From Vibrio cholerae ATCC 14035 (GTDB lineage: Bacteria > Pseudomonadota > Gammaproteobacteria > Enterobacterales > Vibrionaceae): 32,000 bases of DNA. Where the stretch lies: positions 150,001-182,000 of the forward strand of contig NZ_JHXR01000001.1 of NCBI RefSeq assembly GCF_000621645.1, written 5' to 3'. The position numbers and the translations under genes were made by a program. This document shows, in pieces, positions 20,442 to 28,553 of this stretch; positions within the stretch are counted from its first letter, which is position 1; each line of letters opens with the position of its first letter. Under the pieces are notes generated by a model. It was not told where the DNA came from. It did not search any database and saw nothing but the letters and a program-made list of their open reading frames with translations.

Positions 20442-21887
20442 CTAATAGACAGGTAAGATGCGCATACAGTTGGTGGAGCCTTCGACTCCCATAATATCGC
20501 CTTGGGTAATGATCACGAGATCCCCTTCTTCGAGTAGGTTTCGCTCTTTGAGGGCATCTAATGCTGCAATGGCTGCTTCCAGACCGCTGGCTTGTTTGGT
20601 ATCGAAGTAGAAAGGGATCACCCCGCGCAATAACGCGCAGCGATTGAGGGTTGCTTGGTTGGCAGACATCGCAAAAATCGGGAATACGGAATTGAGCCTT
20701 GAGGTCATTAATGCGGTGCGTCCTGATTCGGTGAGCGTGACCATGGCTTTAACGCCTTCTAAGTGGTTGGCTGCATAGATAGTCGACATAGCAATCGCTT
20801 CTTCTTCCGTGCGGAACACACTTTTAATGCGATAGTTTTGCTCATTCGACTCAATCATCTTTTCTGCACCAATGCAGACTTCAGCCATCGCTTTGACGGT
20901 TTCAACCGGATATTTGCCCGCAGCCGTTTCTCCCGACAGCATCACAGCGTCAGTGCCATCGAGCACCGCATTCGCCACATCCATGACTTCGGCGCGGGTT
21001 GGCATAGGGTTACTGATCATCGATTCCATCATTTGCGTTGCGGTAATCACCACACGGTTGAGTTTTTTCGCGCGTGAAATCAGCTTTTTCTGTACGGCGA
21101 TGAGTTCGGGGTCACCGATTTCCACCCCGAGATCACCCCGTGCGACCATGATGACATCCGAGGCACGAACAATATCATCAATGTTTTCATCACAAGAGAC
21201 GGTTTCTGCGCGTTCAACTTTGGCGACCATACGCGCATAAAGCCCAGATTCTTGGGCAAGGCGGCGCGCGAATTTCATGTCTTCACCATTGCGAGGGAAA
21301 GACACCGCGAGGTACTCAACTTGAATTTCTGCCGCAAGTCGAATGTCATTTTTGTCTTTCTCAGTCAAAGCATCTGCCGACAAACCGCCGCCTTTTTTGT
21401 TAATCCCTTTATTGTTGGAGAGAGGACCGCCGACCAAGACTTTGGTGTGGATTTTATTGCCTTCAACTCGCATAACTTGTAACTGCACACGGCCATCATC
21501 AAGCAGCAAAATATCGTCGTTACAAACATCTTGCGGTAGCTTTTTGTAATCAATCCCCACGCTTTCTTGCGTACCTTCCCCTTTGGCTAATTCCGCATCA
21601 AGAATGAAGTGTTCCCCTTCATTAAGGATAATTTTGCCTTCTTTGAAAGTAGAAACACGAATTTTTGGACCTTGTAAATCACCTAATAAGGCGACGTGGC
21701 GACCGAGTTTGGCGGCAATTTCGCGAACTTTCTGCGCACGGTTTTTATGGTCTTCCGCGGTGCCGTGTGAAAAATTCATCCGAACGACATTGGCTCCGGC
21801 TCGGATAATGGCTTCGAGAATTTCAGGGCTTTCTGTGGAAGGACCTAAGGTGGCGACGATTTTTGTTCTACGCAAAGTTGAGCTCAT
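20442..21887 (-). CDS. pykA: Pyruvate kinase II (AMP-activated type)
   Basis: 481 aa, beginning [14 protein letters not shown], with [14 protein letters not shown], and [12 protein letters not shown]. Collinear with E. coli PykA. A GAAGGAA SD precedes the start. Confidence 0.95.
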   Translation of the reverse strand: MSSTLRRTKIVATLGPSTESPEILEAIIRAGANVVRMNFSHGTAEDHKNRAQKVREIAAKLGRHVALLGDLQGPKIRVSTFKEGKIILNEGEHFILDAELAKGEGTQESVGIDYKKLPQDVCNDDILLLDDGRVQLQVMRVEGNKIHTKVLVGGPLSNNKGINKKGGGLSADALTEKDKNDIRLAAEIQVEYLAVSFPRNGEDMKFARRLAQESGLYARMVAKVERAETVSCDENIDDIVRASDVIMVARGDLGVEIGDPELIAVQKKLISRAKKLNRVVITATQMMESMISNPMPTRAEVMDVANAVLDGTDAVMLSGETAAGKYPVETVKAMAEVCIGAEKMIESNEQNYRIKSVFRTEEEAIAMSTIYAANHLEGVKAMVTLTESGRTALMTSRLNSVFPIFAMSANQATLNRCALLRGVIPFYFDTKQASGLEAAIAALDALKERNLLEEGDLVIITQGDIMGVEGSTNCMRILPVY

Positions 21888-21916
21888 ATCATTGTTCCTT
21901 CGATGTGACAGTAAGG

Positions 21917-22085
21917 TATACCCTTCCTACTTAACGTTGCTGCGGTGTTGGCTGCCTTTGTCCACCTAATCACATGGAATGTCTATGCTCATGGGGCGAA
22001 GAAAGTCAGCTTTGGTTCTCAGCCAAGGCCTCTGGCGGCTGCGCAAATGTGCCGCCAGCCTGCAACTTCAAGTAGTTTGGATATA
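21917..22085 (+). repeat. ERIC/IRU-like palindromic intergenic element, long variant with about 53-nt internal insertion
   Basis: It starts TATACCCTTCCTACTT... and ends ...CAACTTCAAGTAGTTTGGATATA. The left arm and outer right arm align with the copies at 28168 and 28426. The core CTATGCTCATGGGG / CCACCTAATCACAT matches the classic ERIC primer regions (GCTCCTGGGGATTCAC / GTGACTGGGGTGAGCG, recalled from memory). Confidence 0.8.
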
Positions 22086-22240
22086 AGTATAGTGGCTTAG
22101 GGAAATTATTATCCTGTTTATACCTGTTCTGTTTGATGCTGCTGATGGTGTTTGTTCTGTTTGGGTATATCGTACCCATCAATAAATGGCAGCAATAAAG
22201 GCCAATATTTGGATATAAAACACAAACTTCTAGGTATATG

Positions 22241-22256
22241 CGTGATATTTGTCACG
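22241..22256. promoter_or_regulatory. Candidate CRP site upstream of mlc
   Basis: cGTGAtatttgTCACg is a symmetric match to the TGTGA-N6-TCACA core. It lies about 40 bp upstream of a possible start point downstream of CACAAT (22276-22281), giving class-II-like geometry. Confidence 0.45.
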
Positions 22257-22280
22257 GCTATCTGACAAAGAACTTCACAA

Positions 22281-22296
22281 TTACTTCGCAAAGTAA
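22281..22296. promoter_or_regulatory. Near-palindrome TTACTTCGCAAAGTAA, candidate NagC/Mlc-type operator at the mlc promoter
   Basis: 6-bp perfect inverted arms (TTACTT / AAGTAA) flank a CGCA centre and overlap the predicted mlc start point. E. coli mlc is autoregulated. The match to the Mlc consensus was not verified. Confidence 0.3.
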
Positions 22297-22331
22297 AAAA
22301 ATTGGTCTGTCGTTGAATTCCGGAGCGCCGC

Positions 22332-23549
22332 ATGTACATGGCTCAACCCGGCCATATTGATCATATTAAGCAGATCAATGCGGGCCGCGTATACAAACTA
22401 ATAGACCAAAAAGGGCCAATCTCTCGCATCGATTTATCGAAAGAGAGTGAGCTTGCGCCAGCCAGTATTACCAAAATTACCCGTGAATTGATTGATGCGC
22501 ACTTGATTCATGAAACGACGGTTCAAGAGGCGATCAGTCGAGGTCGACCTGCTGTTGGCCTTCAGACCAATAATCTTGGTTGGCAGTTTCTCTCAATGCG
22601 GCTCGGTCGAGGTTATCTCACCATTGCTCTCCACGAGTTGGGTGGAGAAGTGTTGATTGATACCAAAATTGATATCCATGAAATCGATCAAGATGATGTG
22701 TTAGCCCGGTTATTGTTTGAAATTGAAGAGTTTTTTCAAACCTACGCCGCGCAGTTAGATCGTGTAACCAGTATTGCTATTACGTTGCCGGGATTGGTCA
22801 ATTCTGAGCAGGGTATAGTGCTGCAAATGCCGCACTACAATGTCAAAAATTTAGCTTTAGGGCCAGAAATTTATAAAGCCACTGGATTGCCTGTGTTTGT
22901 TGCAAATGACACGCGGGCTTGGGCTTTAGCAGAGAAATTGTTTGGTCATTCACAAGATGTCGATAATTCTGTGTTGATCTCCATTCACCACGGACTTGGT
23001 GCAGGTATTGTGCTCGATGGACGTGTATTGCAAGGTCGCCATGGCAATATCGGTGAGCTAGGGCATATTCAAATTGATCCGCAAGGTAAACGTTGCCATT
23101 GCGGAAACTACGGCTGCTTAGAGACCGTGGCGTCTTCACAAGCGATTCGCGATCAGGTCACGGCGCGCATTCAAGCCGGAGAGCCTAGTTGCCTCGCGAC
23201 AGTGGAAGAAATTTCGATAGAAGATATTTGTGCTGCTGCCGCAGATGGGGATCCGCTTGCTGTAGATGTGATTCAACAGTTGGGGCGTTATTTAGGTGCT
23301 GCGATCGCAATTGTGATTAACTTATTCAACCCAGAGAAAATCTTAATTGGCGGTGTCATTAATCAGGCGAAATCGATTCTTTATCCCTCTATTGAGCAGT
23401 GTATTCGTGAGCAGAGTTTGCCGGTTTACCATCAAGATTTGAAGTTGGTCGAGTCGCGTTTCTATAAACAAGCGACCATGCCCGGTGCAGCTTTGATCAA
23501 GCAGGCGCTCTATGATGGTCTACTCTTAATGAAAGTGGTCGAAGGATAA
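22332..23549 (+). CDS. mlc: ROK-family transcriptional repressor Mlc (DgsA)
   Basis: 405 aa. QPGHIDHIKQINAGRVYKLIDQKGPISRIDLSKESELAPASITKITREL is collinear with the E. coli Mlc N-terminal wHTH, and the ROK Zn motif is GHIQIDPQGKRCHCGNYGCLE. Assigned to Mlc rather than NagC on N-terminal similarity recalled from memory. Confidence 0.85.
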   Translation: MYMAQPGHIDHIKQINAGRVYKLIDQKGPISRIDLSKESELAPASITKITRELIDAHLIHETTVQEAISRGRPAVGLQTNNLGWQFLSMRLGRGYLTIALHELGGEVLIDTKIDIHEIDQDDVLARLLFEIEEFFQTYAAQLDRVTSIAITLPGLVNSEQGIVLQMPHYNVKNLALGPEIYKATGLPVFVANDTRAWALAEKLFGHSQDVDNSVLISIHHGLGAGIVLDGRVLQGRHGNIGELGHIQIDPQGKRCHCGNYGCLETVASSQAIRDQVTARIQAGEPSCLATVEEISIEDICAAAADGDPLAVDVIQQLGRYLGAAIAIVINLFNPEKILIGGVINQAKSILYPSIEQCIREQSLPVYHQDLKLVESRFYKQATMPGAALIKQALYDGLLLMKVVEG

Positions 23550-23653
23550 TCTGCCATTCCCATACAAGAAGTAAGAATTTCAGCTTTGCTTACATTTACA
23601 TTTATACCTAGCGGCTATACTGTTACCTAGGTAGTCATTTAACGGAATTTCGT

Positions 23654-24598
23654 ATGTCAGGTGTTTTGAACACGGTAGACCAGCGTACTAATCTGGTCGG
23701 CGAAAACCGATTGGAGCTGTTACTGTTTAGCCTCAATAGTCGTCAAATTTTTGCGATAAACGTTTTTAAAGTTAGAGAGGTGATCAAAGTCCCTCTACTG
23801 ACCAAAATGCCAGGCTCGCATCCTCATATCACTGGTGTTGCGTCATTACGTGGTGAACCAGTGCCCGTTATCGATTTACGATCTGCCATCGGTTTTCCTC
23901 CTCGCCGTGTTCAAGATACGGAACAAAACCTAATCATTACTGAGTATAACCGGACAATACAGGGCTTTTTGGTGGGGCAGGTGCGCAACATCATCAATAC
24001 CGCATGGACGGAAATCCAGCCGCCACCTAAGTCGGCCGGAAGGGCAAACTATCTAACGGCATTCACGCATGTCAAAGAACAAGACAAGACACATATTGTT
24101 GAGATCATTGACGTGGAGAAGGTATTAGCAGAAATCGTCCATTATGATGCCTCAATATCCAAAGAAGTATTGGATGAGAGCCTACTCAACCATATGGATG
24201 GTCGAACCATATTGATTGTCGATGATTCTTCAACAGCACGAAATCAAGTGAAAGATACACTGTCCCAATTAGGTTTAAATATCATCGAATGCCATGATGG
24301 CTTGCAGGCGTTGAATTTATTGAAATCTTGGTGTGATGAAGGTAAAGACATCTACAGTGAATTACTCATGATGATTACGGATGCTGAAATGCCGGAAATG
24401 GATGGTTATAAGCTGACTTATGAAATTCGTAATGATCCGCGTATGAAGGATCTCTTTATCACACTCAATACCTCGCTCAGTGGCAGCTTTAATGAAGCCA
24501 TGGTGCAAAAGGTAGGCTGTAACCGATTTATTTCTAAGTTCCAACCTGATTTGCTCGTACAAGTTGCTCAGGAAAGATTGCGAGAAGTGCTTTCCTAA
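23654..24598 (+). CDS. cheV: Chemotaxis coupling protein CheV (CheW domain + receiver domain)
   Basis: 314 aa. The N-terminal CheW-like region is LELLLFSL...FAINVFKVREV. The C-terminal REC domain has ILIVDDSSTARN and ITDAEMPEMDGY. Confidence 0.9.
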   Translation: MSGVLNTVDQRTNLVGENRLELLLFSLNSRQIFAINVFKVREVIKVPLLTKMPGSHPHITGVASLRGEPVPVIDLRSAIGFPPRRVQDTEQNLIITEYNRTIQGFLVGQVRNIINTAWTEIQPPPKSAGRANYLTAFTHVKEQDKTHIVEIIDVEKVLAEIVHYDASISKEVLDESLLNHMDGRTILIVDDSSTARNQVKDTLSQLGLNIIECHDGLQALNLLKSWCDEGKDIYSELLMMITDAEMPEMDGYKLTYEIRNDPRMKDLFITLNTSLSGSFNEAMVQKVGCNRFISKFQPDLLVQVAQERLREVLS

Positions 24599-24623
24599 GC
24601 ATATAGGTTGAACCGATAGCATT

Positions 24624-24650
24624 AAAAAGGCACTCATCGAGTGCCTTTTT
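24624..24650. terminator. Bidirectional intrinsic terminator between cheV and the convergent 118-aa gene
   Basis: aaaaaGGCACTC-atc-GAGTGCCttttt. Confidence 0.85.
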
Positions 24651-24671
24651 AAATGGTGTTGATTGGCGAGT

Positions 24672-25028
24672 TTACAATACGGCTAACAGAATGCCGCCTA
24701 TGGTTGCCGCAGCGGAAAGATATTGCCCAGCAGAGTAGGAGGTGTCCTCAACTTCTTTCACTTTTTCGGGGTGATCCATGCCCAAAGCACCATAAGTGAA
24801 AGCTTCAACTTTATCGCCGACAGTTTTATCTTTGCTTTCTAGCGCTTTACCTTCTTTTTCAATTTCCTGTAAAGCGGCAAGCAGCGCTTTGCCTTCCTCA
24901 GACAAGGTGACTTTGTTCTGCTCTACTTTGAGGGGAGCAGGAGCCGTATCTGGCTTAGTAGGTGTCTGAGATTTAAGCGTAGTGTTGGATGGCAATGTGT
25001 GCACGGATCCTGCGCCTATTGGGTTCAT
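24672..25028 (-). CDS. Hypothetical 118-aa protein: disordered S/T/P-rich N-terminus, helical middle, C-terminal hydrophobic anchor
   Basis: An AGGAGA SD lies 5 nt before ATG 25028. There is no signal peptide, and the C-terminus is YLSAAATIGGILLAVL-stop. I recognise no family with confidence. Confidence 0.7.
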   Translation of the reverse strand: MNPIGAGSVHTLPSNTTLKSQTPTKPDTAPAPLKVEQNKVTLSEEGKALLAALQEIEKEGKALESKDKTVGDKVEAFTYGALGMDHPEKVKEVEDTSYSAGQYLSAAATIGGILLAVL

Positions 25029-25109
25029 ACATCTCTCCTAAGTCATCACTCTGAAACTATATCGACCACAAACTAAAAAACTTGCGTGATTTTTACACTT
25101 TATGTGTGA

Positions 25110-25140
25110 AAAACAGGCAAGCAAATGCTGTGCCTGTTTT
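25110..25140 (-). terminator. Intrinsic terminator after the ChaN-family gene
   Basis: The minus strand reads AAAACAGGCA-cagcatttgct-TGCCTGTTTT followed by tcac. The hairpin is symmetric with A and T flanks. Confidence 0.75.
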
Positions 25141-25167
25141 GAGTGTTTGACGGCGAGGAGGAGATGT

Positions 25168-26088
25168 TTATTCGCAAACGAGATCTGTGTTGCGATTTTT
25201 CAATGCATTAATCGCTTCGGCTTGATGCGCTTTTTGCACATAACGCACAGGTGGCGTGAGTACTTGCAGTTGATAATCATCACTTTGTGGCGAGATTTCA
25301 CCGACAGGAGTGATGATGACAACTTTGAGATTTGGGTTGCGACGCAAAATCGATGCCGCCGTGCCTAAACCCTGCTGAGTATGGAACATGCCGGCGATGT
25401 GTAGAACTTTGCGTTCAGGATTGGCCGCAAGATAGCGCACAATGCTTTCCGCCATGGTCTCATCCCAAGTGACTTGCGCCGCATATTGGTTCTCATTTTG
25501 TGCTGGATTGCCATGGTGCATTGAAGCCATAAAGGTGCTCTTGTATGGCGAATCTTGAATGTTAACTTCGGTTGCGACCCATTGGCGCTGTTCGGGGCTT
25601 AAACGGTCAAGATAATCAATCCCTACTCGGCCAATGCAACGCACGATAGGTTTTGGGGCATTGGCAGCAATCACGGGCAACTGTTGGCTTTTCGCAAACT
25701 CGACCAAAGGGCGGTAATCACTTTCGTAATTAGGCCAAGCATTCGCCTTTTGGATCAGATACTGCTCACCAATTTTCCCAGTGAGATAGTCATCCATCAA
25801 GGGTTGAGCATCACGGGTAAACTGTTCCATCGACAGTACCATCGGATGGCCATTTTCCGTCATCTGCTTAAGCAAATCAGTCTGGAAACGGTGGATACCT
25901 GCGTGGGTATGCCATTCACCGACCAGGATTACGTCAGCGTTTTCGATTTCAGCAGGCAATCTCTGTAGGCTGATCCGCTCACCAGTTGGCGTCGCCAATT
26001 GATAGTCATAAAAGGTACTAACTTGCGTTGGAGTGGCTGAGCAGCCGAGTAAGCTGAAAGAAAGGAAAAGTGCCGCAATAGTGCGCAT
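25168..26088 (-). CDS. ChaN-family (haem-binding uptake, Tiki-superfamily) lipoprotein
   Basis: Start placed at ATG 26088 (MRTIAALFLSFSLLGC/SAT, lipobox LLGC) behind a GGAGG SD. The motif VILVGEWHTH and overall length fit ChaN/PF04187-type proteins. Family assignment is from memory. Confidence 0.75.
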   Translation of the reverse strand: MRTIAALFLSFSLLGCSATPTQVSTFYDYQLATPTGERISLQRLPAEIENADVILVGEWHTHAGIHRFQTDLLKQMTENGHPMVLSMEQFTRDAQPLMDDYLTGKIGEQYLIQKANAWPNYESDYRPLVEFAKSQQLPVIAANAPKPIVRCIGRVGIDYLDRLSPEQRQWVATEVNIQDSPYKSTFMASMHHGNPAQNENQYAAQVTWDETMAESIVRYLAANPERKVLHIAGMFHTQQGLGTAASILRRNPNLKVVIITPVGEISPQSDDYQLQVLTPPVRYVQKAHQAEAINALKNRNTDLVCE

Positions 26089-26095
26089 AAGAAAG

Positions 26096-26130
26096 GCCTC
26101 CATAAAAATTGCGCTCATGGTAATGGAGGC
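26096..26130 (-). promoter_or_regulatory. Hairpin whose 3' arm contains the Shine-Dalgarno of the ChaN-family gene
   Basis: The minus strand reads GCCTCCAT (26130-26123), a 19-nt loop, and ATGGAGGC (26103-26096), followed by CTTTCTT-ATG. The GGAGG SD is base-paired in any transcript reading through from rlmA. Confidence 0.45.
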
Positions 26131-26144
26131 GACTGACTTATGCA

Positions 26145-26163
26145 ATCAATGAGAATCGTTATC
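26145..26163. promoter_or_regulatory. Candidate Fur box upstream of the ChaN-family gene
   Basis: atcAATGAgAATCgTTATC matches 14/19 positions of GATAATGATAATCATTATC. It abuts a possible minus-strand promoter, TTGCAT (26145-26140) -N17- TACCAT (26122-26117). Confidence 0.35.
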
Positions 26164-26165
26164 AG

Positions 26166-26984
26166 TTATTTTCTGCGATACACTCGGAGCATAAAATCGG
26201 CTTCACATTCGAAAGTATCACTTTGACTAACACGGTGTTTAAAATCCTCACTGGCACGCCAAGCAAACGGAGTCATTTGCAGCAAGTCTGCCGCTTCTGA
26301 GCCATTGAGTGCCATAGGGTAGTGGAGTTTACACTCTTCAACCAATTCAAAACCCGACAGAGTTTCTGGTTGCTCTTCATGTAAACGCACCTGATCGTAG
26401 ATGCCTTGTTTAAATTGATACAGGTGACGTGCCGCTGGCGTGACGGTGATAACGATGCCGCCTATTTTGATACAACGCTCCAATTCGGTGTCTTTGCATG
26501 GTGCGTAAATACGGATCACGCCATCCAGACTCTGATTGGCAAAAGGTAAGCGGTGGCTAGAGGCTACGGCAAACTGGCACTCTGGGTAGCGTTTGGCCGC
26601 GTAGCGTATGGCGATTTTGGAAATATCGAGCCCAAAAATTTGTGCTTCACTGTCTTGCTGGCGCAAAGCCTTGGCAAAAAAATCGGTGTAGTAGCCTTCA
26701 CCGCAACCAATATCGAGCAGCGTTTGCTGGCGGTCCGTTAAATAGGTTTGGCACAATGTGGCAACTTTTTCACGCATGGGCGCGTAGTGGCCTGTGTGTA
26801 AAAAACGGCGACGAGCCTGTGTCATCTCTTTGTTATCACCGGGATCTTTGGAGCGCTTATGCTGAACAGGCATCAGATTGACGTACCCCTCTTTCGCTAC
26901 ATCAAATTGATGACGATTGATACAGGCGTAAGTATTTTGGTTTAGCGTTAGGGGATGCTCACACAGCGGGCACAAAAAGGTCAT
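26166..26984 (-). CDS. rlmA: 23S rRNA (guanine745-N1)-methyltransferase RlmA
   Basis: Start placed at ATG 26984 (MTFLCPLCEHPL...). It has a Zn-finger (CPLC...C..H), KEGYVNLMPVQHKRSKDPGD, and a SAM motif LDIGCGEGYY. Collinear with E. coli RlmA. Confidence 0.9.
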   Translation of the reverse strand: MTFLCPLCEHPLTLNQNTYACINRHQFDVAKEGYVNLMPVQHKRSKDPGDNKEMTQARRRFLHTGHYAPMREKVATLCQTYLTDRQQTLLDIGCGEGYYTDFFAKALRQQDSEAQIFGLDISKIAIRYAAKRYPECQFAVASSHRLPFANQSLDGVIRIYAPCKDTELERCIKIGGIVITVTPAARHLYQFKQGIYDQVRLHEEQPETLSGFELVEECKLHYPMALNGSEAADLLQMTPFAWRASEDFKHRVSQSDTFECEADFMLRVYRRK

Positions 26985-27138
26985 GGTGGTCTCAATCAAC
27001 AAAATAGAGGCGTAAGTTTAACGGCAGCCGCGCGAAATACAAAGCGCAACCCAGTCTCTTAACGCGGTTGATGTTGACTGCTCGAGGGATAAAGGCCGCT
27101 CAAAGGCTTGAACGGCCTTACAGTTAAAGAGATCAACA

Positions 27139-28143
27139 TTAAAAATTGAAGGCGACACCCGTTGAAAGGAAGGTTGATTGTTGATCAAAAAAGTTCACCG
27201 CATCATCGGTTTCACTCAGTCCTGCCATCGCGTTAATCGAGACATTTTGCCAACCAAAGGGCGCGCGATAGACATACAGCGCAAAGGCGCTCCAGCGGTC
27301 GGCATCACGGGTTTTCGCAAAAATCGGGTGTGCGGTATCGTACTCTTCTTGTCCATAACTGAGGGTTAAAAACAGCGCTTGTGGGCCGAAAAAGGTATTC
27401 ACACCGAGTTGATAGTCCAGCGCCGTAAAATCAAATGCATCCCCTTGAGCATCACGCTGGGTATAGGTGATTTGCGGGACTAAAGACCAAGAGCGGCTCA
27501 GAGCTAAAGAGATTTCAGCCGATACTTGTTGATACTCACTGTTGCGATTGAGTAACGCACGTTGCGTATTATTGAGGCCGGATGTCGCACCGCTTTGCTC
27601 TTCATCGACTTTGTAATCTAAGTAGGCATAACGCAGAGTAATTGGAAGCGCGAAAGGCGCAATATAAGCAAGGCGTCCTCCTTGTGCGCTGATGTCGGTC
27701 GCCGCTCTTGCCGTCTGCGTTAAATAGGGATCGCGCCAAGTTTCATTAATCCCAGGCAGCGAAGGAAAATAAGCGAGTGTAATTTCACCCAGTCTCTCAA
27801 ATCGGTGGGTGATACCCAGTTCCGCTTGTAGTTGTCCCTCGATCACTTGGTCGGTACTTTGACCGGCAAAAAGCTGAGTATTTCCCGAGGCAAAGGTGTA
27901 TTGCACATTCCCGAGTGGTGCAAACAGGAGCTCGGAAGTGGAGGTACCTGATTGCTGTAAATCCGTGGTGATCGCGTTGTCATCATTGGTGTTCATTTGC
28001 GATTTATCACGCACGTAAAAGCTGTTAAGACTCAGTGTGACATCCCAACCAGGCTGATTTCTATCGGTTGGGCCTTGAGCATAAGCCGCTGGTGGCAAAG
28101 AGGCGACAAGCAAAGTGAGTAGACTGGGGTAAATAATGTTCAT
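27139..28143 (-). CDS. Outer-membrane beta-barrel protein, function unknown (possibly DUF2860 family; unverified)
   Basis: 334 aa. Signal peptide MNIIYPSLLTLLVASLPPAAYA/QG, amphipathic beta-strand pattern, and C-terminal ...TGVAFNF with terminal Phe. An AAGGAAG SD precedes the start. Confidence 0.75.
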   Translation of the reverse strand: MNIIYPSLLTLLVASLPPAAYAQGPTDRNQPGWDVTLSLNSFYVRDKSQMNTNDDNAITTDLQQSGTSTSELLFAPLGNVQYTFASGNTQLFAGQSTDQVIEGQLQAELGITHRFERLGEITLAYFPSLPGINETWRDPYLTQTARAATDISAQGGRLAYIAPFALPITLRYAYLDYKVDEEQSGATSGLNNTQRALLNRNSEYQQVSAEISLALSRSWSLVPQITYTQRDAQGDAFDFTALDYQLGVNTFFGPQALFLTLSYGQEEYDTAHPIFAKTRDADRWSAFALYVYRAPFGWQNVSINAMAGLSETDDAVNFFDQQSTFLSTGVAFNF

Positions 28144-28167
28144 TAGGCTTCCTTACCAAATGTATGC

Positions 28168-28288
28168 GTTATCCCCTTCCGACTTGAAGCTGCAGCGGTG
28201 TGGGCTACGTTCGTTCACCCCAATCACATAGTTTATCTATGGTCATGCGGATTCACTCACTTGTCGCCTACCAGCAACTCTAAGTCGT
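28168..28288 (+). repeat. ERIC/IRU-like palindromic intergenic element (copy 2)
   Basis: ...CCCCTTCCGACTTGAAGCTGCAGCGGTGTGGGCTACGTTCGTTCACCCCAATCACATAG...CATGCGGATTCACTCAC...GTTTGGGTATA. About 85% identical by eye to the copy at 28426, in the same orientation. Confidence 0.8.
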
Positions 28289-28425
28289 TTGGGTATATAT
28301 CAAGAGGCACAATTATACCGAGCTAAGTCCTGAATGCCATGACGAAAAGATGAACAGAATGTGGATCGCTCAGTAAATTTGTCAAAAATGAAATAAGCAG
28401 CACCCGCGTTGCAATCCAGAATGGA

Positions 28426-28553
28426 TATACCCTTCCTACTTGAAGCTGCAGCGGTGTTGGCTGCATTCGTTCACCCCAATCACATAGCGTATCTATGCTC
28501 ATGGGGATTCACTCATTTGCCGCCTACCTGCAACTTCAAGTTGTTTGGGTATA
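28426..28553 (+). repeat. ERIC/IRU-like palindromic intergenic element (copy 3, best-preserved, 128 bp)
   Basis: TATACCCTTCCTACTTGAAGCTGCAGCGGTGTTGGCTGCATTCGTTCACCCCAATCACATAGCGTATCTATGCTCATGGGGATTCACTCATTTGCCGCCTACCTGCAACTTCAAGTTGTTTGGGTATA. Terminal inverted repeats are TATACCC/GGGTATA, and the two halves pair as a long imperfect hairpin. Confidence 0.85.

Noticed and set aside
23585-23620. Possible sigma-28 (FliA) promoter in front of cheV (GCGGCTATA resembling GCCGATAA)
   Set aside because: There is no convincing TAAAG -35 element at the required 15-nt spacing. It is too weak to call without TSS data.
26089-26145. Longer start for the ChaN-family ORF (MHKSVASITMSAIFMEAFL...), and the TTG start at 27002 for rlmA
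   Set aside because: The lipoprotein signal peptide with its lipobox starts at M20 behind GGAGG. The RlmA zinc-finger N-terminus aligns with ATG 26984.
27090-27123. Hairpin AAGGCCG...CGGCCTT downstream of the 334-aa OMP gene as an intrinsic terminator
   Set aside because: The stem is present but no U-run follows on the minus strand. I left it uncalled; it may be a Rho-dependent or stabilising structure.
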